DNA of 64,000 nucleotides. Source: Chiloscyllium plagiosum. Its lineage: Eukaryota. The first letter of the stretch is position 1, and every line of letters starts with the position of its first letter. The notes beneath the pieces were generated by a model, which had not been told where the DNA came from, did not search any database, and saw only the letters and a list, made by a program, of their open reading frames with translations. The stretch spans positions 102,540,124 to 102,604,123 of the forward strand of contig NC_057713.1 of the NCBI RefSeq assembly GCF_004010195.1, in the 5' to 3' direction. Shown here piece after piece: positions 12,912 through 25,282 of this stretch. The translations under genes were made by a program, and so were the position numbers.

Positions 12912-14187
12912 CGTCCATGTTAGTGTTTATGATTCATCTGAATTACATCCAAATCCCACATACCAGGTCTACTTCCACCTCTGTTCTTTCTTTGTTCCAC
13001 CACATCTCTCTTCTCAAATACTGACATGGTTCTTGTTTAAAATCAATGACTCTGATAGTGATTCTAGAGTCATACTCAATGTGTAAGAAAGTCTCTGCTC
13101 GTATCTCTCCCCCAAATCGTTATTTAATCTAACCTCTCATTTCTACCATGCTTCCCTCTACAAATGGAATGACTTAAACATAAAGAATTTTTAAAAGCTG
13201 CCCTTTTCAATGTTTTTGAAATAATGCTTTCACCATTAATAACGCTTCCCGTTCTTTACAAAATAATGTGTTATAGGAGTCATGACGCCTCGCTTCAAAG
13301 ACTTTAGTGTATAATAATCTAGCCTGAGACTGCAATGCAGCAGTGAGGCAGTACTGCACAGACATGCCGTGTTCGGTTAAGACTTTGGAGACTCGAACCC
13401 ATGATTTTGTTTACACACAATTAGGTCATGAAACTTTATCCACCTCATTGGTCTATTTTGCCCTCAAACATTTCGAAATGCAATAGAAACTTAGCAATAC
13501 GATTTGGTTGTGCTCAGAAGGATGCACAAATCTTCGGTACATCGCTATGAAAGCAAATCAAACGCTGATGTTAAAGTGCAGCGATTTTATTGCAGCATAA
13601 ATTCTTCATAAATTTAGGCCTTACATTCTATGATGTCTGGGATAAAAAGGTTTAAATGATGTGGGTATGTAGTATTACCTTGAATAAAGACTATTAAGAC
13701 GACATCTAATTAAGATGGTTAAGATGATTTAAGGATTCGGTCAGGTCAATAGAAGGAAATTATTACCTCCGGTGGGGAAGTCCAGAACAAGGGGGCGGCA
13801 TTTCTTTAAAACTGGAGACATACTCGTTCAGGGGTGATGTCAGGAAGCACTTCTCCACAGATAGGGAAGTGGAAATCTAGAGATTGTCTTCCCGAAATTG
13901 AAGTTATGAACCAATTGAAAAATTTAAAACATGTTGATAGTTTGTTTTGGTAGGGAAGGCTACTCACGATTATAAAACCAAAGCAGGTAGTTGGCGATAA
14001 AATGTAGCCAATACCTAACTGGTTGGGTGGAACAGGCTCCCGGGAATAGATAGCCTCCCCCAGTTCCAATGATCTAAACTGTGTTCAGGGACAGACTCCT
14101 CTTCCATCGCCACAGGACTTGGAGAAGGTGCAGTGGCTGCGGAATTTCAGTGATCGTTCTCCTTAGAGCAGGGAATGTTTAAATTCG

Positions 14188-14391
14188 ATACAGTGTGGAA
14201 ACAGGCCCAAGGGCCAACAATTCACCTGACCTGCACATTTTTGGACTGTGGGAGGAAACCGGAGCACCCGGAGGAAACCCACGCAGACACGGGGAGAATG
14301 TGCAAACTCCACACAGAGAGTTGCCTGAGGCGAGAATTGAACCCGGGTCTCTGGCACTGTGAGGCAGCAGTGCTAACCACCGTGCCGCCCT
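14188..14391 (-). mobile_element. HE1-type V-SINE
   Basis: Reverse-complement head and V-core. Confidence 0.88.
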
Positions 14392-14844
14392 TTTAAAGGA
14401 GAATTTATTACGGGTGTAAAAACAAACGATCTAGAGAATTCGAATATTAAATGAAGGGAAATGGTTTCCACTGACAAGATGGTCAGCGACGACCAGCGCA
14501 CACCGATTTGAGCTCATTGGCAGAAGACCCAAAGAGAAGATGGGAGAATTCATTTTATGCAGTGCGCTGCTTCAATCTGGAAGCAGTTTCAAGAATAAAT
14601 TTCAAAAAGGAATTGAACAAATACTTCAAGATAAAAAAAGAAAACACGTGGCGTTCTACACATCTATCCCTTAAAAGTCTTCCAATGTTATCAGACATTA
14701 TTCTGCATTCGCCTGCGTAACTGATCAGAAATTACATTAGAAAGCAACTTTATTTGATGCAAGTCCCATCTTTAAAAAAAGCGTTTCCACCGGCGCAGTC
14801 TGTTTGCAAACTCCCATTGGCAGAGGTTCTGAGAGTGGACTGAC

Positions 14845-14932
14845 CGTGTGCTCGAACCTGGACGCCGGTGACCAGGAGCAGACAAGCGATCCTCAGGACG
14901 GCGGGGATCTGTGGGCGAGAGCTTGGAGCCAT
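14845..14932 (-). CDS. SUSD5: SUSD5 coding exon 1 (signal peptide)
   Basis: MAPSSRPQIPAVLRIACLLLVTGVQVRAH plus 1 nt, ending at a phase-1 donor G|GTCAGT. Hydrophobic signal peptide in a CpG-rich context; splices in frame to the next exon. Confidence 0.85.
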
Positions 14933-15300
14933 CGCTGGGAGAATGGCAAGACGGAGAGCGACAGAGAGTAGACCAAACTGGGCTCAACAGGATAGATCCG
15001 TTCACGCACACCCCGGGGCAGAGAGAGAGAGAGCAATGAGCAGGTGAATACTGCACCGAAACCACACCGAAGTCCGGCGAGCAGGAGACACAGCGAGCAC
15101 TGGAAGTGGCTGGGAAGTTCCGCAGCGGCTTTATCCACACGATATGTTACAGGGAGGGTAAATGTTGGGATGATGTGAAAACTAACACCGCTCCGACAAT
15201 AAACAGGCGGCCGATAGTATGAAGCTCGGGTGGAAGCGAGGAAAAGTAAGCGAAGAGAGAGAGACTTTTTAAAAGTCCCCAGGCTTGTAATGCCGTTCGA
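14933..15300 (-). promoter_or_regulatory. SUSD5 5'UTR/promoter region (CpG-rich, short GA repeat)
   Basis: High CpG density directly upstream of the SUSD5 ATG; (GA)n at about 15021-15032. Confidence 0.55.
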
Positions 15301-17317
15301 TGAGCAAACCCCAACTCAGGAACAACCAGTGCTGAGAGTCTGATCCAACTCATTCCAAGCGTCATTTGATTTCCGTTTTGTTCTCGTGTTTTTCTTCCCC
15401 TGCGGTCTCTCAGAGTTCAGTATACACTTGGAAACTTGAGGTTCAGGCTCGGAATGCAGAGATGTCCAAAAAATGTCTGACCCCAAGGGATTATGGAGAG
15501 CCTGTTACAAAGGCAGTACCTTACATTTATGTAGCACCTTTAATATGGTAACATACCCCAATGCCCCGGGTTGGAACATCCATACTGCCGGCCCGCTCTG
15601 GGTTCTTATAAAGTGAACAGCGGCCTCTAAGCTATAAGGAATAAGCAAACTCCTTACAGATGACCAGATCTTTACTGACAAATCGTTTGATTCTGATAAG
15701 TAAATGCAGTAAAATAATAAACGCAACAACAGAAATTGCTGGAGAAACTCAAGTCTGGCAGAATCTGTGCAGAGAAAACAGTAATTTTTCGAGTGCAGTG
15801 ACCCTTCAGAACTTTTTAAGTTGGTTGTTTATTTAACAGTCTAAAAATCATATACCCCGAGACACTCTCCCTTTGCGGATGTGTAATTTACATTCATGGA
15901 AAAGCAAGCGAGTTTCTGAATACTTTCAGCTTTGCTGATTCTGGCTCTCGAGCCCATTGCAAGAAACAGAAATTGTCAGAAACTGACAAAGAAGCCAGCC
16001 ATGTTGGAAAAGTTCGTTTTTAGTCCCTGTAGCCCTTTTGATAGGGACTGCGCTGCATGGTTGCCGCTGTCTGAGCAGCCAACTTCAGCAAGAACCCAAA
16101 TATCTGAGTAGGCTAATGGAATAGGCCGTGCTTTATCACCAATCGGGGAATAGGCAGAAGTTGAACAATACAAGGCACAACTCTGGGAGTTCAGGTTTAG
16201 TGACACCACTCAAAGTAAGTGAAATGACTCAGAATCAATCCTAATGTTTACGCTTTATTGATAATGACGATGTCACTCTCGGTAATTGTCCACAGATAAA
16301 TAAAATACCAGTTAAACTGATTTACAGTCACGGACTTCTCGACCTGGCTGTGTTCTCTAGCTAGACTGAATACAATGAGGCCCCTATTTGCAGATCGATC
16401 GCTCGTCAGCAAATCGCTGTGAGACTGACAGTCACTAGGGTAAAGGAGCTTGTCCCCGTTTCTGTCGCATTTTATGAAACGAGATTCTATAATCTTGAGA
16501 TTTCAGGACTGGGAGGACTGAAACGTCTGCTACTTTCTGCAACGAGCTCAGAACGGACTTCTCACACAATAGCCAAATATTCGAAACAAAAACAAAACAG
16601 ACAAAAACTCAGCAGGTCTGGCAGCATCTGTGGCGAAAAAGCAAAATTAACGTTTCTTCAGAACTTCAGAAGAGTCATTACACCCGAAACATTCATTTTG
16701 CGTTCTCTCCACAGATGCTGCCAGACCTGCTGAGTTTTTCCTGCAATTTCCGTTTTGCGTCTGATTTCCACATTTTTTTTGGTTTTCAGCTAAATATTCC
16801 GCCTTTAGATTCCAGATTCAGTTCATTCTCCGGCTCGGTCACAGGCTTTCAACTCTTCTGTCTCGGGGAGTGGGGAGGATTAGGTAGAACCGGTTGGAAT
16901 TACTATTGATGCTGCAACCAAATATTTGAAATATTGAAAAAAATCAAATATTTATGTTCGCTATTTTCATCTTTCTATTCTCTCCCGTGTCCTGGGACCT
17001 ATATCTATCTCTTAACCAACACTACACGAGCAGATTCCCTGTCTGAGAACTTGCTGCGCCAAACAGCCGGGCGTGTTTCCTTTTGGAACAGTCACCATCC
17101 TTTCACAGTACTGCACAGTCTCTGAAGCTTATGGAAAGTGCTGTAGCAGTACAAGTTCTAAGTGATCATTTACAAACCATTCTACAGGTTCTTCCTGCCA
17201 ATGTCTCACACATTTGCCAGCTTCGTTGCTGTTGGTTTTTGAACCGGTCTATTATATCAGAGCAACTCATTGTACAGTGTTGGTCAGCCCATTTTGTCGA
17301 ATGTAACTATAGCCGAA

Positions 17318-17567
17318 TCATAGAAACAGGCCATTTGGCCCAACAAGTCCACACCAACCCTCCAGAGAGTAGCCCTCCCAGACCGATGGCCCTACTACTC
17401 GACATTTACCCCTGATTATGAACCTAAACCACACATCCCTGAACAGTTTTGGCAATTTAGCATGGCCAGTTCACCTAACCTGTACAACCTTGGATTATGG
17501 GAGGAAACCAACGTAGACACGGGGAGAATGTGCAAACAGACAGTTGCCTGAGGCTGGAACGGAACCA
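17318..17567 (-). mobile_element. HE1-type V-SINE (partial)
   Basis: Reverse-complement core gacacggggagaatgtgcaaac. Confidence 0.8.
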
Positions 17568-18773
17568 GTCGGATTAAATTGCAGTGGAACCAAGGCTACT
17601 GATGATTTAATTCAGAGCCATGGTAAAGATTTTTCCTTGTTGAATGTGAAATAGTTGCCAGAGATATATGTAAGCAAACAATGGATAGTGCTCTGAAAAT
17701 ATTATTCCCAATAAAGGATTTGCGTTGATGATCCTTTTTTACAGAGCATTTGAGCTGACTAAACATGCACAGGACGCAGAAAATATGACATTATTGACAT
17801 AATTGAAAGACTGCCTCTACATCTATCTGTTGCATTGCTTCCATATGAAGTCATGTTTTGTTCTGATAAACACTTGATTCAGGAGTTCTACAATATGATT
17901 ATATCATCCAGCGATGAAGAAGTCTGGAGTTCCTCCAATCCTCATCACCCTGATATAGCTCACTAAACACATACCTAAATTTGACATCCACCCACCATAA
18001 TTCCTGTCTTTAATGAAACATAAGCAATAGGAGCAGGAGTAAACTGTACAGTATATAGATGCTGCACCACTGTTCAATACTATTATGACTGATCTTTGGC
18101 ATCAACTTCAACTTCTGTATGAAGTGGATAAGTATTTATACAAACATTAAAAAAGAAGCAAAAGTACACCATTTGGCCCCTCATGCTTTCTCCGTCAATG
18201 AATGAGATCATGGTTAATCTGTTCATGTTTCAAATTCCACGTTCTGATCTATCCTCAATAATCTTTATTATAGAATCATATTAGACAAAAGAGGATCTTT
18301 GGCCAATTGAGTCTGCACTGACAAAATAAACTATTCTAAATCTCCACTAGTTCCACTTTCCAGCACTTGGCCCATCACCTTGAATATTATGACATTACAT
18401 TTCACTCAATCCCATCTTAATTTATAAACCTTTTCCGTTAAAAAATTTAATGACTTAGCTTCCACTGCTTTTTCAGGCTGAGAATTCAAAAGTGATTTTC
18501 TCACAAGTGGGTCAATAATTTGAACAAGCCATTCCAACTGACAGTTAACATTTTCATGATTTGAACAAGCTCAGCACGTGAACTCAATAAATTAAACTCA
18601 ACTGCTCAGTTTAATATTCCTCACAAAATCAGCTACCCAGTTAACATATGTGGATCACAAAGGAATGGAAAAATCATACTTATCCATTCTACTGATCTCA
18701 AAGGTCATGCAGTTTACACTCTATTTTTGCCCTGCATCCTTCAAAAACAGTCTAACAAAAACATTGATCACTT

Positions 18774-21700
18774 TAGAGTCATAGAGTCATAGAGATGTAG
18801 AGCATGGAAACAGACCCTTCAGTTCAACATGTCCATGCTGACCAGATATCCCAACCCAATCTAGTCCCACCTGCCAGCACCTGGCCCAAATCCCTCCAAA
18901 CCCTTCCTATTCATATACCCATTCAGATACCTTTTAAATGTTGCAATTATACTAGCCTCCACCACTTCCTCTGGCAGTTCATTCCATACACATACCTCTG
19001 CATGAAAAAGATGCCCCTTAGGTCTATTTTATATCTTTCCCCTCTCACCCTAAACGTATGCCTCCTAGTTCTGAACTCCCCCACTCCAGGGAAAAGACTT
19101 TGTCTATTCATCCTATGCATTGCCCCTCATAACTTTGTAAACCTCGATAAGGTCGCCCCTCAGCCTCCGACGCTCCAGGGAAAACAACCCTAGCCTGTTC
19201 AACCTCTCCCTATAGCTCAAATCCTCCAACCCTGGCAACATTCTTTAAATCTTTTTGGAACCCTTTCAGGTTTCACAACATCTTTCCAATAGGAAGGAGA
19301 CTGGAATTGCACGCAATATTCCAACAGTAGCCCAACCAACGTCCTGACCAGCTGCAACATGACCTCCCAACTCCTGTATTCAATACTCTGACCAATAAAG
19401 GAAAGCATACCAAATGCCTTCTTCACTCTCCTTTCAAGGAGCTCTACTTTCAAGGAGCTATGAACCTGCACTCCAAGGTCTCTTTGTTCAGCAACACTCC
19501 CTAGGACCTCACCATTAAGTGTATAAGTCCTGCTAAGATTTGCTTTCCCAAAATTCAGTACCTCGCATTTATCTGAATTAAACTCCATCTGCCACTTCTC
19601 AGCTCATTGACCCATCTGTTCAAGATCCTGTTGTAATCTGAGGTAACCTTCTTCGCTGTCCAATTTTTGGTTTCAGCTGCAAAATTTCTAACTATACCTC
19701 TTGTGTTCACATCCAAATCATTTATATACATGATGAAAAGTAGAGGGCCCAGCACTGATCCTTGTGGCACTCCACTGGTCACAGGCCTCCAGCCTGAAAA
19801 ACAACCCTCCACCACCACCCTCTGTCTTCTACCTTTGAGCCACTTCTGTATCCAAATGGATTGTTCTCCCCGTATTCCATGAGATCTAACTTTGCTAACC
19901 AGTCTCCAATGGGGAACATTGTCGAATGCCTTACTGAAGTCCACACAAATTACATCTACCACTCTGCCCTCATCAATCCTCTTTGTTACTTCTTCAAAAA
20001 ATTCAATCAAGTTTGTGAGACATGATTTCCTACACATAAAACCATGTTGACTATCCCTAATCAGTCCTTGCCTTTCCAAATACACGTATATCCTTTACCA
20101 GGATGTTGCCAGGGTTGAAGAACTTGAGCTATAGGGAGAGGTTGAATAGGCTAGGGCTCTTTTCCCTGGAGCAACAGAGGCTGAGGGGTGACCTTATAGA
20201 GTTTTATAAAATCATGAGGGGCATCGATAGGATAAATAGACAACGTCTTTTCCCTGGAGTAAGGGAGTCCAGAACTCGAGGGCATAGGTTTAGCGTGAGA
20301 GGGGAAAGACATAAAAGGGGCAACTTCTTCACTCAGAGGATGGTATGTGTATGGAATGAGCAGCCAGAGGAAGTGGTGGAAGCTAGTACAATTGCAACAT
20401 TTAAAAGGCATCTGGATGAGTATATGAATAGAAAGGGTTTGGGGAGATATGGGCCAGCTGCTGGCAGATGGGACTAGATTGGGTTGGAATATCTGGTCAG
20501 CATGGATAAGTTGGACCGAAGGGTCTGTTTCCATGCTGTACATCTCTATGATTCTATAACTTGCCCACCACCGACATCAGGCTCACTGGTTTTTAGTTCT
20601 CTGGCTTGTCCTTACCACATTTCTTAAACAGTGGCACCACATTATCCAATCTCCAGTCTTCTGGCACCTCACCTGTGATTATCGATGTTACAAGTATCTC
20701 AGTAAGAGGCCCAGCAATCACTTCCCTAGCTTCCCACAGAGTTCTAGGGTACACCTAATCAGGTCCTGGGGATTTATCCACTTTTATGCATTTCAAGACA
20801 TCCAGCACTTCCTCCTCTGTAATATGGACATTTTTCAAGATGTCACTATCTACTTCCCTACATTCTATATCTTCCATGTCCTTTTCCACAGTAAATACTA
20901 ATGCAAAATACTCGTTTAGTATCTCCCCCATCTCTTGCGGCTCCACACAAAGGCTGCCTTGCTGATCTTTGAGGGGCCCTTTTCTCTCCCTAGTTACCCT
21001 TTTGTTGTTAATGTATTTTTAAAAACCCTTTTGATTCTCCTTAATTCTATTTTCCAAAGCTATCTCATGTCCCTTTTTTGCCCTCCTGATTTCTCTCTTA
21101 AGTATACTCCTACTGTCTTCTAAGGATTCACTCGATCTATCCTGTCTACACCTGACATATGCTTTCGTTTTCTTACTCAAACTCTCAATATCTTTCGTCG
21201 TCCAGCATTCCCTATACATACCAACCTTTCTTTTCACCCTAATAGAAATATACTTTCTCTAGACTCTCGTTATCTAATTTATGAAGGATTGCCATATTCC
21301 AGCTGTCCCTTTACCTGCGAACATCTGCCCCCATCAGCTTTTGAAAGTTCTTGCCTAATACCGTCAAAATTGGCCTTTCTCCAATTTAGAGCTTCAACTT
21401 TTCGATCTGGTCTATCTTTTTCCATCACTATTTTAAAACTAATAGAATTATGATCGCTGGCCCCAAAGTGCTCCCCCACTGACATTCAGTCACCTGCCCT
21501 GCCTTATTTCCCAAGAGTAGGTCAAGTTTTGCACCTTCTCTAGTAGGTACATCCACATACTGAATCAGAAAAATTTATTGTACATGCTTAACAAATTCCT
21601 CTCCATCTAAACCCTTAACATTATGGCAGTCTGAGTCTATGTTTGGGAAGTGAAAATCCCCTACCATAACCACCCTATTATTCTTACATATAACTGAGAT

Positions 21701-21972
21701 CTCCTTACAAATTTGTTTCTCAATTCACCTCTGACTATTCGGGGGTCTATAATACAATCCCAATATCATCCCTTTCTTATTTCTCAGTTCCACCCAAATA
21801 ACTTCCCTGGATGCATTTCCAGGAATATCCTCCCTCAGTACATCTGTAATGCAATCCCTTATCAAAAATGCCACTCCCCCTCCTCTCTCACCTCCCTTTC
21901 TGTCCTTCCTGTAGCATTTGCATCCTGGCACATTAAGCTGCCATTCCTGTCCATCCCTCAGCCATGTTTCTA
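18774..21972 (-). mobile_element. CR1 (HER1-like) LINE, 5'-truncated, ORF2 broken by stops and frameshifts
   Basis: EN-to-RT fragments (SDHNSISF, DKSPGPD, SQHGF...[23 protein letters not shown]); (GACTCTAT)n tail near 18775. Confidence 0.95.
20094..20557 (+). mobile_element. CR1 3' fragment nested in opposite orientation inside the host CR1
   Basis: MLPGLKNLSYRERLNRLGLFSLE...GRWD plus 3'UTR and tail, interrupting the host between ...YMYLE and VVGK. Confidence 0.92.
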
Positions 21973-22901
21973 CTTTCTTGACTTGGAGAACTTGCTCCAT
22001 TTCCACTGCTGGATTAAGGTTCATATTCACCATCCCATTTTTGCTAAGCTCCCATCAAATCACAAATGCTAAATCAGATTTACTAACTTAATTGCCTTTC
22101 TTTCTACTCCTTTCAAGACCTGAACAATCCCTTCCGTATAGTTTAGTGTTTCATATTGCTCACAATACTCAAGATAGTTGGGATCCACATTACTCTTTCC
22201 CTGCCTTAAAACCGATTTTTAATCAAAGACCACTTATTGCATCGTCATCTCACAACGTGATTCCAATATCTCCCCTCATAGTTCTACCATTCATGGAGAA
22301 CACCCTGGATGAAGATAAAGATGACCACCAACCAATCATCTCCCTCTAATGAATGAACAGCCCTCTGTTCTGGTAAGAGTATAACAATTTTGCCTTTTTA
22401 TGGAAAATTAAGGGTCAGTAAAAAGTAATAATAAAAAGAAGACTCATATAGGTGAGTTCAACATTGAAGAGAGGTTTATAGAATTCAAGAGAATTCAACT
22501 TACATAGCTGAAAATGTAGTTACCGTTGGTAGGTCTAAGAGAGGGCAATGCACAAGTGGCCAGAATGATCCTGTGGTCAGGTGAATCCCACAAAGGATAT
22601 GTTCCACTCCAGTGAGTGTGTGAATAAGATCAGTGTGAGTTAGCATGATACACTGATATCATTGGATAGACCCTTCTGAACCTGACTAGAAAAGTTTGAA
22701 TAATAGCTGATAACACACGGAGCTTTTTTTTTGGAAGGAATCACTGAATCAGTAATTTAGAAATTCACTCAGACGAGAGATTTACAATCAGTGGAATCTA
22801 GTGTTATCATGATATTCTAAGGCTAAAGCTAACATACCTTCTATAATTGTGGACCAAATTAAAGTCATTTGTTCAATTGTACCCATATCAGCTTCTTATT
22901 T

Positions 22902-24422
22902 ACCTGATGAAGGGCTTATGCCCAAGACGTTGACTTTCCTGCTCCTCAGATGCTGCCTGACTTGCTGTGCTTTTCCAGCGCCACCCTTTTTGACTCTGGC
23001 TCACCAATATCTGCAGTCCTCACTTTCTCATAGGTGCTGTAACATTACTGCGAAGCCTCTTCCAAGGATGCCCACCTTGAAGAAGTTCTCCTCCTCCCTT
23101 CACAAGGATCACAATGAGCCTCTCTCCCAGTGAAGCCCCCATTTTATCTCCTCTGCCCTGAAGCTCTTCAACCACGTCCCGAAGCAGCCATGCTACAACA
23201 GCCATGTGTCCTTCATCAGTATCTGCCTACACAATCAACTTATTTCCCCATTGGACTCCAGACCACATGCAGACCATCACAATTTGGACTAACCAGGATT
23301 ACTGTTAGCTACAGCAAATCGAAAGCCTCCAGAAATGGTTCTCCCTCTGGATTCTCCACTCCATGCTTGCAGCCATGGATTGCTACCTACTCCCCTTGCA
23401 GTCAACTCCACCCAGCTCGGGACAACATTCACCCAGACTTGTAAAGGACCTCTGTTGTTCTTCATCCTGAGAAGGATCCACACATTCAACAAATGCTTTT
23501 TCTCCAACTCATCAGACATTAAGGAATGTAAATACACCAACTCTCATGTGCTTACCTCCAAACCGGGAATCCTCAACAACTCCAGACCCTAACCCCGTCC
23601 TCTGGAACCCAGTTGGACGTCACTATCCACGTGGGTGCTACTGCCACCACTACTGCAAAACATTACATCACTTCTGCTCCCATTGCTGAACTCACAGCAG
23701 CCACTGCCGACCATACTGCCTCTGCGATCGCTACCAAAACTGCCACCTCTGTGAATGCAGCCAGTTTTTCCGTGAACACTGCCCACCACATCACTTCCAC
23801 CACCGTGGTTGATACTACCAATGCTACATCATTGACCAGAACACCAACGACAATCATGCCATCCCTATTGACAGCACTGCTTACACGAATGCCACCAAGG
23901 TCTTCACTTTCACCCCCATGGTTGATACTGCCAATGCTACTTCCACCTCCATTGATGTCACTCACCAGAACATCAACGACAGCCATGCCGTCCCTATTGA
24001 CAGCAATGCTTACGCGAACACCACCAAGGACTTCACTTCTGCCCCATGGTTGCTGCTGAACACGCTACTTCCAACCCTGCAAACACCACCACTGGTGTCA
24101 CTTACCTAAGCACTGCTGACCCTGTCGCCTCTGCAGCCATCGCTGAGGACACCGTTTCAGTGAATGCCACCAAGAACATCACTTCTGCCCCTGCTGCAGA
24201 CCTCACCGCAGCTTCTGCCAGCCATACTGCTTCTACAATCACTGCCAGAACTACCATCACGTCTACAATCATTGCCAGAACTATCATCTCTACATTCACC
24301 GCTAGAACACCAACCTCTATGGTAAACACATTCCTGATGAAGGTCTCATGCCCGAAGTATCGATTCCCCTGGTCCTTGGACGCTGCCTGAACGGTTGTGC
24401 TTTTCCAGTGCCATCCGTTTTG
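22902..24422 (+). mobile_element. Penelope-derived element: terminal repeat, degenerate ORF start, Thr/Ala-rich repeats, second terminal repeat
   Basis: Direct repeats starting CCTGATGAAGG at 22903 and 24333; flanking GCTTCTTAyTT at 22891 and 24423 (candidate TSD); internal tandem units of about 120 bp and 30 bp. Confidence 0.75.
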
Positions 24423-25117
24423 GCTTCTTACTTTCTTTGCCCAGAACACTGCCCTCCATGTTCAGTGCTAAGGAGGGTAGTGCCAAGTACTGAATGAGCA
24501 ACTAATTTAGAAATTTCTACTTGCATTTGTTGGATAAACAGTTTTGAAAAGAAAAATACGTTCAATTTGAAACTTATTTTGTATTAAGTTCACATTAAGT
24601 GATGCATGATTATTTTGCATCATTTTACATATAATCTCAACTGAAAACATGTGTCTAATATTCTCTTTAATAAAAGGCTCTTGTATGTTCAAACTAAGCT
24701 GTTAATACTCTCTTGTTCTCCAGGAAAGTGAGTGCTGGGCTAGATTTCAACTTTAAATGGAAATTAAATGATCCTCTGTGCTGCCTATTCAGAGTTTTGA
24801 TCACTCATTTCTTGCAGTTAACTAAAGTAGAAAGTATAGAAGGGAGTACATTTATTCTAAACAGTCAATATATCAAGAACTTTCTCTGTGCTACCAGTTA
24901 AATAAAGTGAGTAATGATACTAGGCAGCTTCCTGACACATGTCCAGTCATACTTATATTTAGTGTTAGTGCAGTGCAATATTTTCCACTCCATGATACCA
25001 AAATGGCTTGAGTTTTTGCATTACCTTTGTGTTTCAATTGAATCACAACCAAATATGAAACCTTTGTTAATGCAAGTTTTTTTTATTTTAAAAATGCCTC
25101 CGATCTCCCACCTTTAA

Positions 25118-25282
25118 GGAGAAAGTGAGGACTGCAGATACTGGAGATCAGAGTCGAGAGTGTAGTGCTGGAATGCACAGCATTCCTCATTCCTGATGAA
25201 GGGCTTTTGCCTGAAATGTCGATTCTCCTGCTCCTTGGATGTGCCTGAACTGCTGTGCTTTTCCAGCACCACACTTTTCACT
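25118..25282. mobile_element. Inverted Penelope-terminal mini-element with TSD
   Basis: Reverse then forward terminal pieces; duplication TCTCCCAyCTTTAAG at 25104-25118 and 25282-25296; core CTGATGA...GAAATGTC at 25193. Confidence 0.82.

Noticed and set aside
18804-19193. Recurrent ORFs beginning METDPSVQ... in several places
   Set aside because: Antisense translations of CR1 3' ends, not a gene family.
23589-24449. Thr/Ala/Ser-rich ORFs that look like a mucin exon
   Set aside because: Frameshifted, no splice context, and enclosed by Penelope terminal repeats with a candidate TSD; element-internal repeats.
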